Source: a virus
Length of the DNA stretch: 64,000 nucleotides
Direction: 5' to 3' (one strand)
IMG/VR virus record: IMGVR_UViG_3300017917_003866
Location: 8,520 to 72,519 of that record
The stretch's first letter is position 1. Every line of letters begins with the position of its first letter. Position numbers and translations under genes: made by a program. The notes beneath the pieces are model-generated. The model made no database searches. It saw only the letters and a list, made by a program, of their open reading frames with translations, and was not told the DNA's origin. Positions 20,401-31,100 of this stretch are shown one piece after another.

Positions 20401-23400
20401 AAGTATAAGGTTATAAATCTAATAGATTCTACAACTCCTGGGTATAAGAAATTTACTTTACAGGCTCCTAATAATAGCGGTGCTTTATGGAATGGCAAGA
20501 TTCTTTCGATTCAAGTTACTGGATCTATTTTAAGTAATATAACAACAGGAACTTTCTCTGGTGGTGTAAACGAAACTGAAGAGTATTTAGAATACAATTT
20601 CAATACACTACCTAAAAAAGAAATGAGATTCTGGGGTACTAAGGGTCTTTCTTGGGATACTTTTGAAGACTTTCAATTCGAAAAGGCTTATGCTCATACA
20701 TGGGATATGTATGACTATCATAATGACTGGCTTGGCGGATTTGATCTCTATTCTCTCCAATATGGAGATCTGGTTAGAGTAACAAAAGACTCATTAGGAG
20801 TAGTATTTGGTGAAACTGATTCACCTGGAAATAGTTATTTGGATTTAAGTGAAGCTGCTGATCAATTAAATGATTCTATTGATGATAACGTAAAAAGATT
20901 TGATTATACTGTTAGAGGATTTTCTGAACTTCCAAATAACTTTTATATAAATAGTAATCCTATATCTCCTGATCTTAGTACTAATCCTGGACCTAAAAAT
21001 ATAAACTCAACTTTCTTTAAAGTTCCTACATATTCTCCAGTTCTTTTCCAACCTACTGGTATAGCTTGGGACGCAGATGGTGATATTTGGGTTACTGGGG
21101 AGGATGTTATTAGATTTGATGGTGCTAATTACACCGTTTATGATTCCTCTAATAGCGTTATGCCTGGGCTTTCTATTCTTACTAATTGTATAAAGATAGA
21201 CAGAAACGATGTTAAATGGATAGGAATAGAAAACAATTTAACTCCTCTTGTAAAAATAAACGAGAAAGATCCCGCACAAAGCTTTGCATATTCGGTTAGC
21301 GATTTTGTAGATAACGGAGGAAATCCCATTTCACCTGTAATAGCATCGAGTATACATGCAATTGAAATAAATCCTCAGACCGGAGATATCTTTGCTGCAT
21401 TTGTTTGTAATTCTTCGCCTTCATATGATGGACTTTTGTTCTATGATTCACATGCTAAATCATGGGGACTTTACACGACATTAAATTCTGAAATACCTTC
21501 CGATAATATTAGGGACCTTAGATTAGAATATTACGGAATCAACAAATGGTATCTATGGATAGCAACAGATGCTGGACTATCTAGATTCGATGGAGTAGGA
21601 TTTAAAAATTATACATCAACAAACTCAGGACTTCCTGATGATGATGTTTATTCTATAGAAATAGATAAATTAAAGCATAAATGGATAGGCACTGCATCTG
21701 GATTAGCATATTGGGATCATATAAGATGGGCAGTATGGAATTCATCTACTAATCCTGAAATATCTTCAGGAAGATTTGGTAATATAGTAGAAACAGGGAA
21801 TGCTAATATATGGTTTACCATAGATCCTTCTTCCTCTCCTGGTGATACTGAATTATATTTCTTTGATGGATATTTCTTTACTAAGGTTTTATATAGGAAT
21901 GACGGAACTACTTTGATTAATCCTTGTAATGTATTCCACGGAAAAACTATGCTTTCGGCTCCTTGGAAAACTATTAAAAATGGGCAAACAACTTATCCTA
22001 AGAATTTATTATTTGTTACTGATGATGGAGAAATAGGAAAGCTTGACTATGTTATACCACATATACACGCAACAGCTAAATCTCCTGGTACGGATGGATG
22101 GGATTTTGTCTATCACGACACGTCAACACCTTTACCTTCAGTAGAGAATATTCATAATTCTGGTATTGGTTCATCACAATTAGGATTTAGCTTTATAGTT
22201 GGACCTTTTAGTGATAACATAACTTTAAATTCGGATTATACTAGGCCTATCATGCCTAATGTCGATAGATATTCGTGGTACAAGCCTATTTGGCAGCGTT
22301 ATAGCATCGATCGTCTTAAAGATCAATTTCCATCTTTAAACGTTGACGATGTCTTCTTATACGCTCCATTACGCGATATTATAAACGGTAAAGCAAACAA
22401 AGAACCGTATTGGAAAAATTCACAGATTGAAAGAATAGCACAGAAAAAATCTAGAGACCTATTTGATAATTTTGAATGGGTTATAACATTAGGTAACAGT
22501 AGTCCCGATCAAGGGGTTAAGGTTACTGTAGATAATGAGGGAGATATTATAGCTATCGGAGATTTTACAGGTACTATATTTATGGGAGAGGTAAACAACA
22601 TCGGATCTCAGGATATTTATTTAAATAGCCCAGATCAAGGTGTTTATATTGCTAAATATAATAAAGGAGGAGTTATACAATGGGCTACTTCTATATCTTC
22701 TGCATCTCCTCAAGGTCCAATATATGCTAGATCTGTTATAACTGATGCTAATGGAAATATCTATGTAGCTTGTGATAATAACCTTTCAGGATTTATAGAA
22801 ATAAACAAATATAATTCTGATGGTATTTTATTAAACACTATAAGCGTACCTATTACACCAGATCAATTCCTCGGAGATATAAAAGTGGATAAGTATGAAA
22901 ATATTTATATATGTGGATCCTTTGAAGGAAATCTTACATTAGGATTATACAATCTTTCCTCCGTTGGTCAGGATTCCGCTTTTATTGCAAAAATAGATCC
23001 GTCACTAACTTTTGTTTGGGCTAAACAATTAACAACTACTACATATTCAAAAGCTTATGAATTAGCGGTTCTAAAGGAGGAATATTTATATTTAACTGGA
23101 GTTTTTGATACTCAGATTGATCTCGGTCCTGTAACACTGAATGGCGTAGGAAATCCTGATATGTTTGTAGCTAAATTCTCAACAGGGGATGGATCATGTT
23201 TATGGGCAGATAGCTTTGCATACGACTCCTTTACATCTTTTGGTTCGACTTCTATATGTATAGATCCTAAAGGACATGTTTTGGTTACTGGATCATACGA
23301 GGGAACTATAGAAATAGAAGGAGAAAAAATATCATCTTTCCCTGGAACAACCGATATATTTGTACTTAAACTTCTTTCTACGGGAAAATTAATGTGGCTG

Positions 23401-24222
23401 AAAATGTGTGGAGGACAAGGAGGAGATACATCTCATGATATAGAAAGTGATTCAGAGGAGAATGTTTATATAACAGGTTCTTATACTTCACCAGCATATT
23501 TTTCGCCCGATGAAATAGAATCTAGAGGAGGAACAGACATATATTTAACTAAGTTCAATAAAGATGGATTATTAGTTGATATAGTTACTGCAGGAGGATT
23601 AAACAATGACTCTGGAGCGGATTTAGTATTAGATAGTGAGGAGAATCTTTATATAACGGGATATTTTGAGGGTGAATCCGATTTTTCTCCTTACGTTGTG
23701 CTTTCCCCTCCTGGAGGATCTCTGGATGCTTTCTTAGGAAAAATACCTAAGCAAAGATTCCAAAGCGGATTAAAGATAGGCGGGGTTCAATCCTGGTTAG
23801 GATCTCATTCTTGGTCTTGGAAGGAAGAAAAACTATACAATAAGGAATTTGAAATTCCTTTAGCTACAACTATATTTATAAATCCGATAGATTCGTTAAT
23901 TCCAGGAAAAAAGAATCATATATGGACTCTTATAGATACAGAGACCGGAGAAACCATAGTAAAAATAAGAAGAACACCATACTTTATATGGACTTTCTTA
24001 AAGCCTGGATTCTACACCATCTCGTGTGAACTACAAGATGCTAACGGAAACATATATGAAACAGAGCATAAAGGTATGATAAGAGTAATAGATCATAAAG
24101 AAGCTTTTGCAGGAGATCTAAAACCAGAGGTTGTAAACCCTGATGATTACTTATTAAGAACTATTTACTACGATAGGAAGGAATTAGGATTCCCTCCTTT
24201 ATCTAGATTTGAAATAGATTAA
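17446..24222 (+). CDS. Giant baseplate wedge (gp7-like)/adhesin protein with two beta-propeller regions and Ig/PKD-like domains
   Basis: N-terminal GSYKSLFNAIKFFGY (gp7/gpI-like); Reg_prop-like repeats (LWIATDAGLSRFDG, NSGLPDDDVYSIEID..KWIGT); SBBP-like repeats (D..ENVYITGSY); C-terminal WTFLKPGFYTISCELQD. Confidence 0.65.
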   Translation: MTLQNLLFFDKKGDQYIFKWNGNYWEGSVLFPVVSEKLFEVQHIFVIEKFLNTSAEIEYGFPHSYGTSPGTPVWRTRWESNYDGKTDVSNIIYTYELGVDGELDSPVLVKTNSVEFYPEVVPGDIVDSPSGIVVTSDINSSSMQINIALNSENEGIYDRTFILEDYTDPNNPITILKVGFHGEVEGEDSRLSVLLGNFGREFNPPDALIVREGDIKEEFPDYEIINKKRKELLLAGESIFPYLGSYKSLFNAIKFFGYYDLRVKEYWLNIKKDDADTLTPLQQNQKILNQLSQPNIEGQSKLELISSLIKDENEGKFKQVEIYGKRKDGTFGLKKQFEQLFPSKSFKKTALFGLFYDINRVVEDQDEDQYGYPIVEDSFAFSPEEVLIKLFGLKERLKRDYLPLNARIIDITGEGVYFNIYKTRGWTDQVDISEIKGGIKVDFTVFPENGYVEDLRPFYTKPNQSGILYPAINGAEPGISYYGNTVDPYSYFQEYPISTIPTWETAIQSFYDDVKSGTMPKFLGDGDYDYPGYKLFSNGTEYVFPAGCPIIIKDNTFTLPWDDVSATWNSFDTTVTTTPLQIASYNSTTVSNPGTPIQTVNSTSTFTLPTTFPSNVTINIGPGNDWFDTTFPEVIFVRVESVSSPGNLVLGYCSAGDYNTVTGDLYIQMMYTRGSGEYSNWKVTPTNLGFSSYTFEYYENFVQSNGFYSWDRIPYLDFYEIEWTIYKNDDISPYFFQIRGGLPDLETLVHFVPYVGEYNIKCRVWDTLNSISLGIKRSVLKVDKRSIELNTITRFRESEIYDWNNVPLKWESYPSQWIFPVENTNKILDISDMIENYPEYSNNFNEGQQCEVLAKVPEVKATIDFEIGVNQIDINNIVSTYNGSGYSLAIVTTNTPHGYSSGNTVWIYDSLGSPYGQYPITVTGPNTFEIPEIIITAIIGGYVYGSGNVKITADSLLIADCNFQGDINSTTSLVYSTINSSPLTPKYKVINLIDSTTPGYKKFTLQAPNNSGALWNGKILSIQVTGSILSNITTGTFSGGVNETEEYLEYNFNTLPKKEMRFWGTKGLSWDTFEDFQFEKAYAHTWDMYDYHNDWLGGFDLYSLQYGDLVRVTKDSLGVVFGETDSPGNSYLDLSEAADQLNDSIDDNVKRFDYTVRGFSELPNNFYINSNPISPDLSTNPGPKNINSTFFKVPTYSPVLFQPTGIAWDADGDIWVTGEDVIRFDGANYTVYDSSNSVMPGLSILTNCIKIDRNDVKWIGIENNLTPLVKINEKDPAQSFAYSVSDFVDNGGNPISPVIASSIHAIEINPQTGDIFAAFVCNSSPSYDGLLFYDSHAKSWGLYTTLNSEIPSDNIRDLRLEYYGINKWYLWIATDAGLSRFDGVGFKNYTSTNSGLPDDDVYSIEIDKLKHKWIGTASGLAYWDHIRWAVWNSSTNPEISSGRFGNIVETGNANIWFTIDPSSSPGDTELYFFDGYFFTKVLYRNDGTTLINPCNVFHGKTMLSAPWKTIKNGQTTYPKNLLFVTDDGEIGKLDYVIPHIHATAKSPGTDGWDFVYHDTSTPLPSVENIHNSGIGSSQLGFSFIVGPFSDNITLNSDYTRPIMPNVDRYSWYKPIWQRYSIDRLKDQFPSLNVDDVFLYAPLRDIINGKANKEPYWKNSQIERIAQKKSRDLFDNFEWVITLGNSSPDQGVKVTVDNEGDIIAIGDFTGTIFMGEVNNIGSQDIYLNSPDQGVYIAKYNKGGVIQWATSISSASPQGPIYARSVITDANGNIYVACDNNLSGFIEINKYNSDGILLNTISVPITPDQFLGDIKVDKYENIYICGSFEGNLTLGLYNLSSVGQDSAFIAKIDPSLTFVWAKQLTTTTYSKAYELAVLKEEYLYLTGVFDTQIDLGPVTLNGVGNPDMFVAKFSTGDGSCLWADSFAYDSFTSFGSTSICIDPKGHVLVTGSYEGTIEIEGEKISSFPGTTDIFVLKLLSTGKLMWLKMCGGQGGDTSHDIESDSEENVYITGSYTSPAYFSPDEIESRGGTDIYLTKFNKDGLLVDIVTAGGLNNDSGADLVLDSEENLYITGYFEGESDFSPYVVLSPPGGSLDAFLGKIPKQRFQSGLKIGGVQSWLGSHSWSWKEEKLYNKEFEIPLATTIFINPIDSLIPGKKNHIWTLIDTETGETIVKIRRTPYFIWTFLKPGFYTISCELQDANGNIYETEHKGMIRVIDHKEAFAGDLKPEVVNPDDYLLRTIYYDRKELGFPPLSRFEID

Positions 24223-24232
24223 ACTACTAATC

Positions 24233-24904
24233 TTAAGTAGTGTATTCTCTATAAACGTCTAATATATCTGGAACTATAGGATGTCTATGGTTTTTCTTTA
24301 ATGTGATAACCTTAACTCCTGGAACCCTTGCTGATAATGTGTTCATAAAATCAAGCCCGGATTCTTTCTTGTTTTTTAAATCTATCTGAGATGTGTCACC
24401 ACATATCATTATTTTAGATCCTATACCAAGTCTTCCTAGAACCATCTCCATCTGACTCATAGTTACGTTTTGAGCTTCATCTACGATTACGCAAGAATTA
24501 ACTAATGTTCTACCTCTCATAAAAGGGAAAGGAAGTATCTCAATGATACCTTCACTCATTAATTTTTCTATTTTGGTTTTATCATAGACCATTTCTAAAT
24601 TAGCATAAATAGGAGCTAACCATGGGTCCATTTTCTCTTTTAAATCTCCTGGAAGAAATCCTATATCTTCCTTTGCAACAGTTGGTCTAGTAATAACTAG
24701 CTTTTCTATTTCTCTATTGAATAGCATATCCAAAGCTATCTGGACTGCTAATAGAGTTTTACCCGATCCTGCTGCTCCTTTTAGAACATTAACCGGGTTT
24801 TCCAATATGATGGCTTTAGCATCTTTTTGTTCCTCGTTTAAATTGATTTTGAATTTAATGGGATTTTTCGGCTTTCTTTTCTGAGTCCAATTGCTTCCTG
24901 TCAT
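24233..24904 (-). CDS. phoH: PhoH-like ATPase
   Basis: Walker A GAAGSGKT, ITRP, IGFLPGDLKEKMDPW, FMRGRT, DEAQN, GDTSQID, HRHP; the ATG at 24904 is a more plausible start than 25027, which overlaps the next gene. Confidence 0.93.
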   Translation of the reverse strand: MTGSNWTQKRKPKNPIKFKINLNEEQKDAKAIILENPVNVLKGAAGSGKTLLAVQIALDMLFNREIEKLVITRPTVAKEDIGFLPGDLKEKMDPWLAPIYANLEMVYDKTKIEKLMSEGIIEILPFPFMRGRTLVNSCVIVDEAQNVTMSQMEMVLGRLGIGSKIMICGDTSQIDLKNKKESGLDFMNTLSARVPGVKVITLKKNHRHPIVPDILDVYREYTT

Positions 24905-24920
24905 AAGATTTTTTTTATTT

Positions 24921-24945
24921 TGAGAAACATATTCGATGTTTCTCA
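24921..24945. promoter_or_regulatory. Perfect 10-bp inverted repeat in divergent intergenic region
   Basis: TGAGAAACAT-attcg-ATGTTTCTCA between the phoH start and the 25015 gene. Confidence 0.5.
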
Positions 24946-24987
24946 GTTTAATAATTAGCCTGTCTTTTCTTAAAGTAATAAATACAG

Positions 24988-24995
24988 GATATATA
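24988..24995 (+). promoter_or_regulatory. Candidate late promoter (GATATATA)
   Basis: Upstream of the structural operon starting at 25015. Confidence 0.5.
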
Positions 24996-25014
24996 TCAAA
25001 AAAAGAAAAATCAA

Positions 25015-25935
25015 ATGGCAATAACAATTACCGAAATCCTTGGAACGGATTCTATTTCAGGATCAAGATTAACTATTAATGCTAACTTTTTGCTATTAGA
25101 GAACGCTTACAACGATTTAGAGAACACTTTTAATATTAATGTGTTAACTGGATCATTGGACGTTTCTAGTGCATCCAGCGGGCAAATAAAATCTAAATCT
25201 CTTTTAACTAACAGCTTGGTGATGCCAGCTTCTGGATCTCCTACGATTCAGATATACGGAACTGGAGCAAGCGGGGGATCAATTATATTTACAAATACTG
25301 TTGCAGGAGCTACTGGTATTTTTTCGAATGTTCTTCAAGCTAATGCACTTTCTGCTTCTGGAGCAGCGAATTTTGGAGCAACAGCAACTTTCCAAAGCGT
25401 TGCTAATTTAGAAGGGAGAGTGAGCATAGGAGCTTCTGGTAATTTCGTCAATACAAATAGAAAGTCTATAGTAGGTTCTACTACAGCGTTTCCTTCTGCT
25501 CCGGGAGCAGGTGTAACCGGAACATTCTCTACACCTTATCAATTAAATTTAACTGAAAATGTTATCTATATACAATCAGACTATGTTTCAAGTGCGCCGG
25601 CTGATGCTGGATTCGCCACTGGATTTTTCTTTTATGCAACAACAGGTTCTGGAGCAACTGCTTCTACTATCCCTGCAGGTTACACAGTAACATTAATTGA
25701 TACTGCTACTACTGCAGGATTAATAGCTACAGGAGTAACTGGACCTGGTGGATCTGAATACTACACAGGATTCTCAACTGGTGATGCTTCATATTCTGAT
25801 CCTTCTATACAAACACCGGGAAATCCTTATAAATCTTCTCTTACTCTTATGTGGGAGCCAAGAATTGATCAAGGATCTCCAACACAAAAAGGATCTTGGG
25901 TGGTTGTAAACGATACTCAAGGATTTACATACTAA
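25015..25935 (+). CDS. Virion structural/fibre-like protein
   Basis: N-terminal TDSISGSRLTINANF anchor-type motif; Gly/Ser/Thr/Ala-rich. Confidence 0.6.
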   Translation: MAITITEILGTDSISGSRLTINANFLLLENAYNDLENTFNINVLTGSLDVSSASSGQIKSKSLLTNSLVMPASGSPTIQIYGTGASGGSIIFTNTVAGATGIFSNVLQANALSASGAANFGATATFQSVANLEGRVSIGASGNFVNTNRKSIVGSTTAFPSAPGAGVTGTFSTPYQLNLTENVIYIQSDYVSSAPADAGFATGFFFYATTGSGATASTIPAGYTVTLIDTATTAGLIATGVTGPGGSEYYTGFSTGDASYSDPSIQTPGNPYKSSLTLMWEPRIDQGSPTQKGSWVVVNDTQGFTY

Positions 25936-25949
25936 TTAAGGATTAATAA

Positions 25950-28133
25950 ATGGCAAAGACACCTTATATAAGACCCATAGCAGTACAAGGGGGTACATTT
26001 TATACATTTTCTTCTGCTGCGGAAGATTTATCTTTAACCTTTAATAACTCATTAAAGAAATTTACATTCTCTAAATATGCTTTATTAAAGCTTCCTGAAT
26101 TTGGATCTCCTACATATGGTGAAAACACATTACAGTTTAATGCCATTGATACTACTTTCTTAGATGCTGCTTATGGCGATTTCATACTTACAAATCCTAA
26201 TAATCTAAGTCCTTCGCCTGAGATATCTTTTCAGAACTATTGTTTAAATTTAGAATCTACTATTATATCAGATCCTAACTATAATCAGGATTTAAAAAGG
26301 AATGTCTCCGAGAGAGTTTTTTGGAAATGGGTTAAAGAATTAGGAGGCGTTAGATATAGGGCAGCAAATACAAATGAAGTGGTTGCTTCACTAAATCAAA
26401 CATTAACAACAACAAAAGACGGATATCCATATTCAGATAAAAGATGGGTAGAGGAGGATACGCTTTTAACTGGTAGCGGAAGTCCTAATCCAAGATACGA
26501 GAGAATAGTTCAATATATCGGTGATATCGACGTTGTAAATTCTGTACAAAATTCAGATAACGCATATTCTGAAGTTTATATACACATCCCTACTGGAGAT
26601 GGCGGTACTCCTTATGTTTTATTTAAAACAGTAGCAGACGAGAACTACTACCCAGATAGAACGTTTACACACTTACCTCCAGATCCTACCGATACTGAAT
26701 ACCTACAAGGAAGAGATTCTGCTTCAGGATTATATGGACCAAACGGACTTCCTAAATTGGCAATATTTGACCAAGACGTTTTAGGAGAGCCTGGGGTTAG
26801 TGGAACTTCTGCAACTGGATCTTTTACAAATAACTGGTATTCTCCAAGGGATGAAGCTAACTCATATTTTACTGAGGCTAGTTTTTTTGATAGTAGCAAT
26901 TTAGAAATACAAAAATATGTAGCTGCATCTGGACCTAGTAGTTATTCAGTAACTTACAACAGGAGTAATCTTGATGGAGTTCAAATAGATTTTGATCCTG
27001 CTTCTTATAAAGCTATTCAAAATTATGTTGGTATTTCAACTATAGAGGAATGGAACGGTACACCCGTTACTACTTCATTTGAATTTAATGCAGTTTTAGT
27101 TTATTATGATGTTTATGATCCTAATAACCCAACAGATTCTGAAACAAATTTATACGGAATTCTTTTCTTAAATGATCCAGAACCAGTTTCAACTAATTCT
27201 GCTAAATTACCTTCATTTAAGAAATTTAAACCAGATCCGATTACCAAACTTAATGGTAATTCTTACGGATTCAAAATAAATTTAAAATTCGATACTGATG
27301 TAGAAAGTACAGGAGTAGAGCAAGCGATAAACGATTATTCTTCATTCTCTCTTTCTATATTCATGGATGCTGCTACTGTCCTTCAAGACGCTGCTAAAAA
27401 TCTTAACGATAGAACGTTACAGATAGCTGCTATGCAGGAAGAGATTAATTATCTTAAGGATCTAATAATAAACACTGACGATAGTACAGAAATAAAAGCA
27501 AGATTGGATGTAGTAGAAGCTTCTTTACAAGCAAATCAGGCTCTTTTTGATAATACTCAAGATATACTAAGTCTTATCGAAAGTAACAGTGATACGATTA
27601 ATAATATATTACAGAATCAGACTTCTATTAATATGTCATACAATCTTGATTTATTAAAAGATGGCGACGGAACATCTGTGGATAGAAGCACTCCTAATAT
27701 ATTAAAAGTTAATGTAACTCAGCAAGACTATAACATATCAGGTAATTCTTTATTTACTATAAATCCTGTAGCTGGTAACACTGTACCTCTTTCAATTTAT
27801 ACTAATTATTTAAAGCATAAAAATAATGGTATCTCTATAACAGCAAACAATGATATTGTTATAAAAATAGACGATAGTATAAATAAATGGCAAAAAGGAC
27901 AGGTACTAAGACTCGTTATTGGTGACGAGATAGATTTAGGTAATTATTCATTGGTTATATTAACTGATGCTCTAGGAGAGTTTCCTAAAGATGCTCCTTC
28001 AGGAGTTCCTTATTCTTCCGTTGTTGCAGGATTTTTAAATGTGCAGTTCTCTGGATCTGGATATAAACCTATATTTGATATAGTTTGTATAGATGCTAAA
28101 AACCTAATATTTGAAGTTGATCAAATAAAATAA
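25950..28133 (+). CDS. Virion structural protein
   Basis: 727 aa ORF in co-directional structural operon; coiled-coil segment. Confidence 0.55.
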   Translation: MAKTPYIRPIAVQGGTFYTFSSAAEDLSLTFNNSLKKFTFSKYALLKLPEFGSPTYGENTLQFNAIDTTFLDAAYGDFILTNPNNLSPSPEISFQNYCLNLESTIISDPNYNQDLKRNVSERVFWKWVKELGGVRYRAANTNEVVASLNQTLTTTKDGYPYSDKRWVEEDTLLTGSGSPNPRYERIVQYIGDIDVVNSVQNSDNAYSEVYIHIPTGDGGTPYVLFKTVADENYYPDRTFTHLPPDPTDTEYLQGRDSASGLYGPNGLPKLAIFDQDVLGEPGVSGTSATGSFTNNWYSPRDEANSYFTEASFFDSSNLEIQKYVAASGPSSYSVTYNRSNLDGVQIDFDPASYKAIQNYVGISTIEEWNGTPVTTSFEFNAVLVYYDVYDPNNPTDSETNLYGILFLNDPEPVSTNSAKLPSFKKFKPDPITKLNGNSYGFKINLKFDTDVESTGVEQAINDYSSFSLSIFMDAATVLQDAAKNLNDRTLQIAAMQEEINYLKDLIINTDDSTEIKARLDVVEASLQANQALFDNTQDILSLIESNSDTINNILQNQTSINMSYNLDLLKDGDGTSVDRSTPNILKVNVTQQDYNISGNSLFTINPVAGNTVPLSIYTNYLKHKNNGISITANNDIVIKIDDSINKWQKGQVLRLVIGDEIDLGNYSLVILTDALGEFPKDAPSGVPYSSVVAGFLNVQFSGSGYKPIFDIVCIDAKNLIFEVDQIK

Positions 28134-28138
28134 AAAAA

Positions 28139-31100
28139 ATGTCGAATACTAAAAATTCATTTTCATCACTAATAGCACAATTCCTTAGGCTTCAAAAGAA
28201 TTCTTTGGAGATTATAAATAAGCTAAATGATGTTACAACATCATCTAAAGATTCAGTTGAGATTGAATTCTTAATGGATGATAACACTTCAGAAAATATA
28301 CAGGTTCCTTCCTTTGGATTTTTAAAAACTGAGATCAATAGATTAGATGAAAATATAAAAGCATTATCTGGATTGGAAGACAATAAAGCTAATGTTAGAA
28401 ATGCGGATGGTACTGTTGCTAAAATATATCAAGCTAAAACTTTAAAAGATCCCTCATCTCCTTCTAGCTTACAGGTTCCTGGAACTTTCCAAGCTAGAAA
28501 CAATTGGTTTTTTGAATCTTTCTTAAATCCTCTTCTTTATATAGAAATTGATGTAGAGAACCAAATACCAGAAAATTCAGAAAGTGTTTACGTAAAAAGA
28601 ATTATTGCTAATACCCAATCAGATGTACAAAAGCAATACTTCGACAACAATCTTAAAGGAAGGAATGATATTACAGATGCTGACTTTATAGCTTCTTTAG
28701 AAAGTCAGGGAATTCAATATTTTGTTGATGAACAAATAAACAGTCTAGATCTAAGAACAATAAGATATACTGGATCTTTCGGGGTTTTAAGAATATTTGA
28801 CGAAGAATTACAGACAACAGTAAATGGAGTAACAACAACTAATACCGTTAGAAAATATAAACTCAACACATTAAAATATAATGATGTTCTTTCAGATACT
28901 GAAAATTCTAGAACGCTAACAAAAGGAGATCTTTTAATAACAAACGGCGGTACTAAATATGAAATAACTGCTATTGATATTACAAACCAGACAATAGTAT
29001 TAAAAAGATTATTCGGATTTGAAGCAATACAACTAGGTGATTCATCCTTAACAATATATTCAAACGTTCTATCTAACAGACAGGTAGAAGTAAATGTTGG
29101 ATTCGATGAGAGACAAGGGGTATTTATTAAATCAATCGACGGAGATTTTAACGTAGCTTCTAGTAAGTATAGCCCTGGTATTTGTTTCTGGTCTAACGAA
29201 TTACAGATAACAACATCTGATGGTGTAAAAACATTAGAGGCATTTTACAATTCACAAGTTTCTGATTTTGGTAAAATATTTATAGCTTCTGCAAAAGATA
29301 ATACTATTCCTGCTATATACGGACAAACGCCTTCTGCTCCGGTGGTTTCTCCCGGTAATTTTAAGGTAGTAAGAGTAAATTCACAGATTACTAATTCTAA
29401 GGAAAGCGTTTCTTTTAAAGACAAGATAAAAATAAAGAACACCCTTAAGAATGAGATAGATTCTATCGATAGAGCTATAGATCAAACTAGGAAACAAATA
29501 TCTGAGTTAACTACTACTTCTGCAGGAAGCACTCCAACAGCAGAATACAAAAAACTTAATGATAAAATAAGTTCACTTACTAAGGATAAGGCATCTAAAA
29601 CTGAATTGGTCTCTACCACGATATCTGAGATAAACAATTTAATTATAACCGTTCCTGAAATCACAGAATCTCCTAAATACAGAGTAAGAGGATTCTGGCC
29701 TATACCTGAGCCTATAATCGATCCTAAAACAGGAGAGCAAAATATAGTTCAATTTAATGTAAGATATAGATATCTTTCCACTACTGGAAATCCTAACGGG
29801 GTAGATCAGATTGATTATATTGATAATAATGGGGTTGCAAAAACTGGACAGTTTACTAACTGGACTCAATTTAAAAGCGACGTAAGAAAGAAAATATATG
29901 ACATTAATACTGGAACATATGTTTGGCAAATAGAAGACGTTAGCGATGCTAATACGGTAAATATAAACCAGTTAGATATTCCTATTACAAAGGGAGAGAA
30001 GGTAGAAATACAGGTACAGTCTATATCTGAAGCTGGATGGCCAACTAATCCACTTACTTCCGATTGGTCAACCTCAGCGATAGTTGATTTTCCACCTGAT
30101 CTTGTTGTTCAAGTTGACAATTCTGCTTTTGCTGTACAAAATAATACTGATACTGCTGTTGCTAGAGTTCAGAGCGATTTACAAGCTAAGGGGTTAGATC
30201 AGCATTTATCGACACAGTTTACTTCAGGTGATAAATTTTTTGCACATAATTCATCTGTTATAGCATCTGGATTTTTTGATGCAACAGGTAAAGCATTAGA
30301 TCTATTCCAGAAATTAACTCAAATTGATAATGAACTTCAATCTCTAAGAGCTCTTATAGCTAAAGCAAAAGGAACTCTTGGAGTTTATTTAAGAAGCGGA
30401 AATACTTCTAACAAAGTAAATCCAGGAAGCACTGTAAACTTATTTGCTGGATACTATGATCAAATTATAGATCTATCGAATCCAAGTAATAAGGGTAAAA
30501 TTGCTAGTACAGTTTATTATATAGAATTAAGAAACGAAGCAGCAACTCCTTTAGAGCTTTCTTCTTTAATACCTGGAGGACAGGGAGTAAAAGCTCCTAA
30601 TTCTATTTCAGGACAAGCAGATTACAACAACAATAGAAAGTATGGAAATACTCCAGTCCAACTTTCAGGAATAGTTAGTGGTGATGTTAATGTTTCAAAT
30701 CCTGGATCTTTCGTACAAGCTTCGGGATATCAAAGTGCTAATGCTTATTCACAGTTTGTATATAACAGATATAAGAGCGTTGGATTAGATGAGGATCTTT
30801 ATTTTGCTCCACCTACTTCTCTAACATGGAACCCTACTACAGGTAACACCGTTAATGGATCCCCGGTAAATAATGATGGTATAATTATGCCTTATGATCC
30901 CTCAGGATCTCCTATAGGAGCTGGACCTAATGCTAACGTTTGGATTGGAACTTATGCAGGTACAACTCCAAATGGTAATGGAAATCTTAATGAATTCTGT
31001 ATACACATATCACATCCTGATATAAATGATGGAACCTCTCCTCTTTTTGGATCTTTAGTTAGACCTTCTGTTTTACCTACTGGTCCTATGGAATATCCTT

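Noticed and set aside
24905-25027. N-terminal extension of PhoH in the ORF track
   Set aside because: It overlaps the divergent gene and its promoter region; the ATG at 24904 gives a normal-length PhoH
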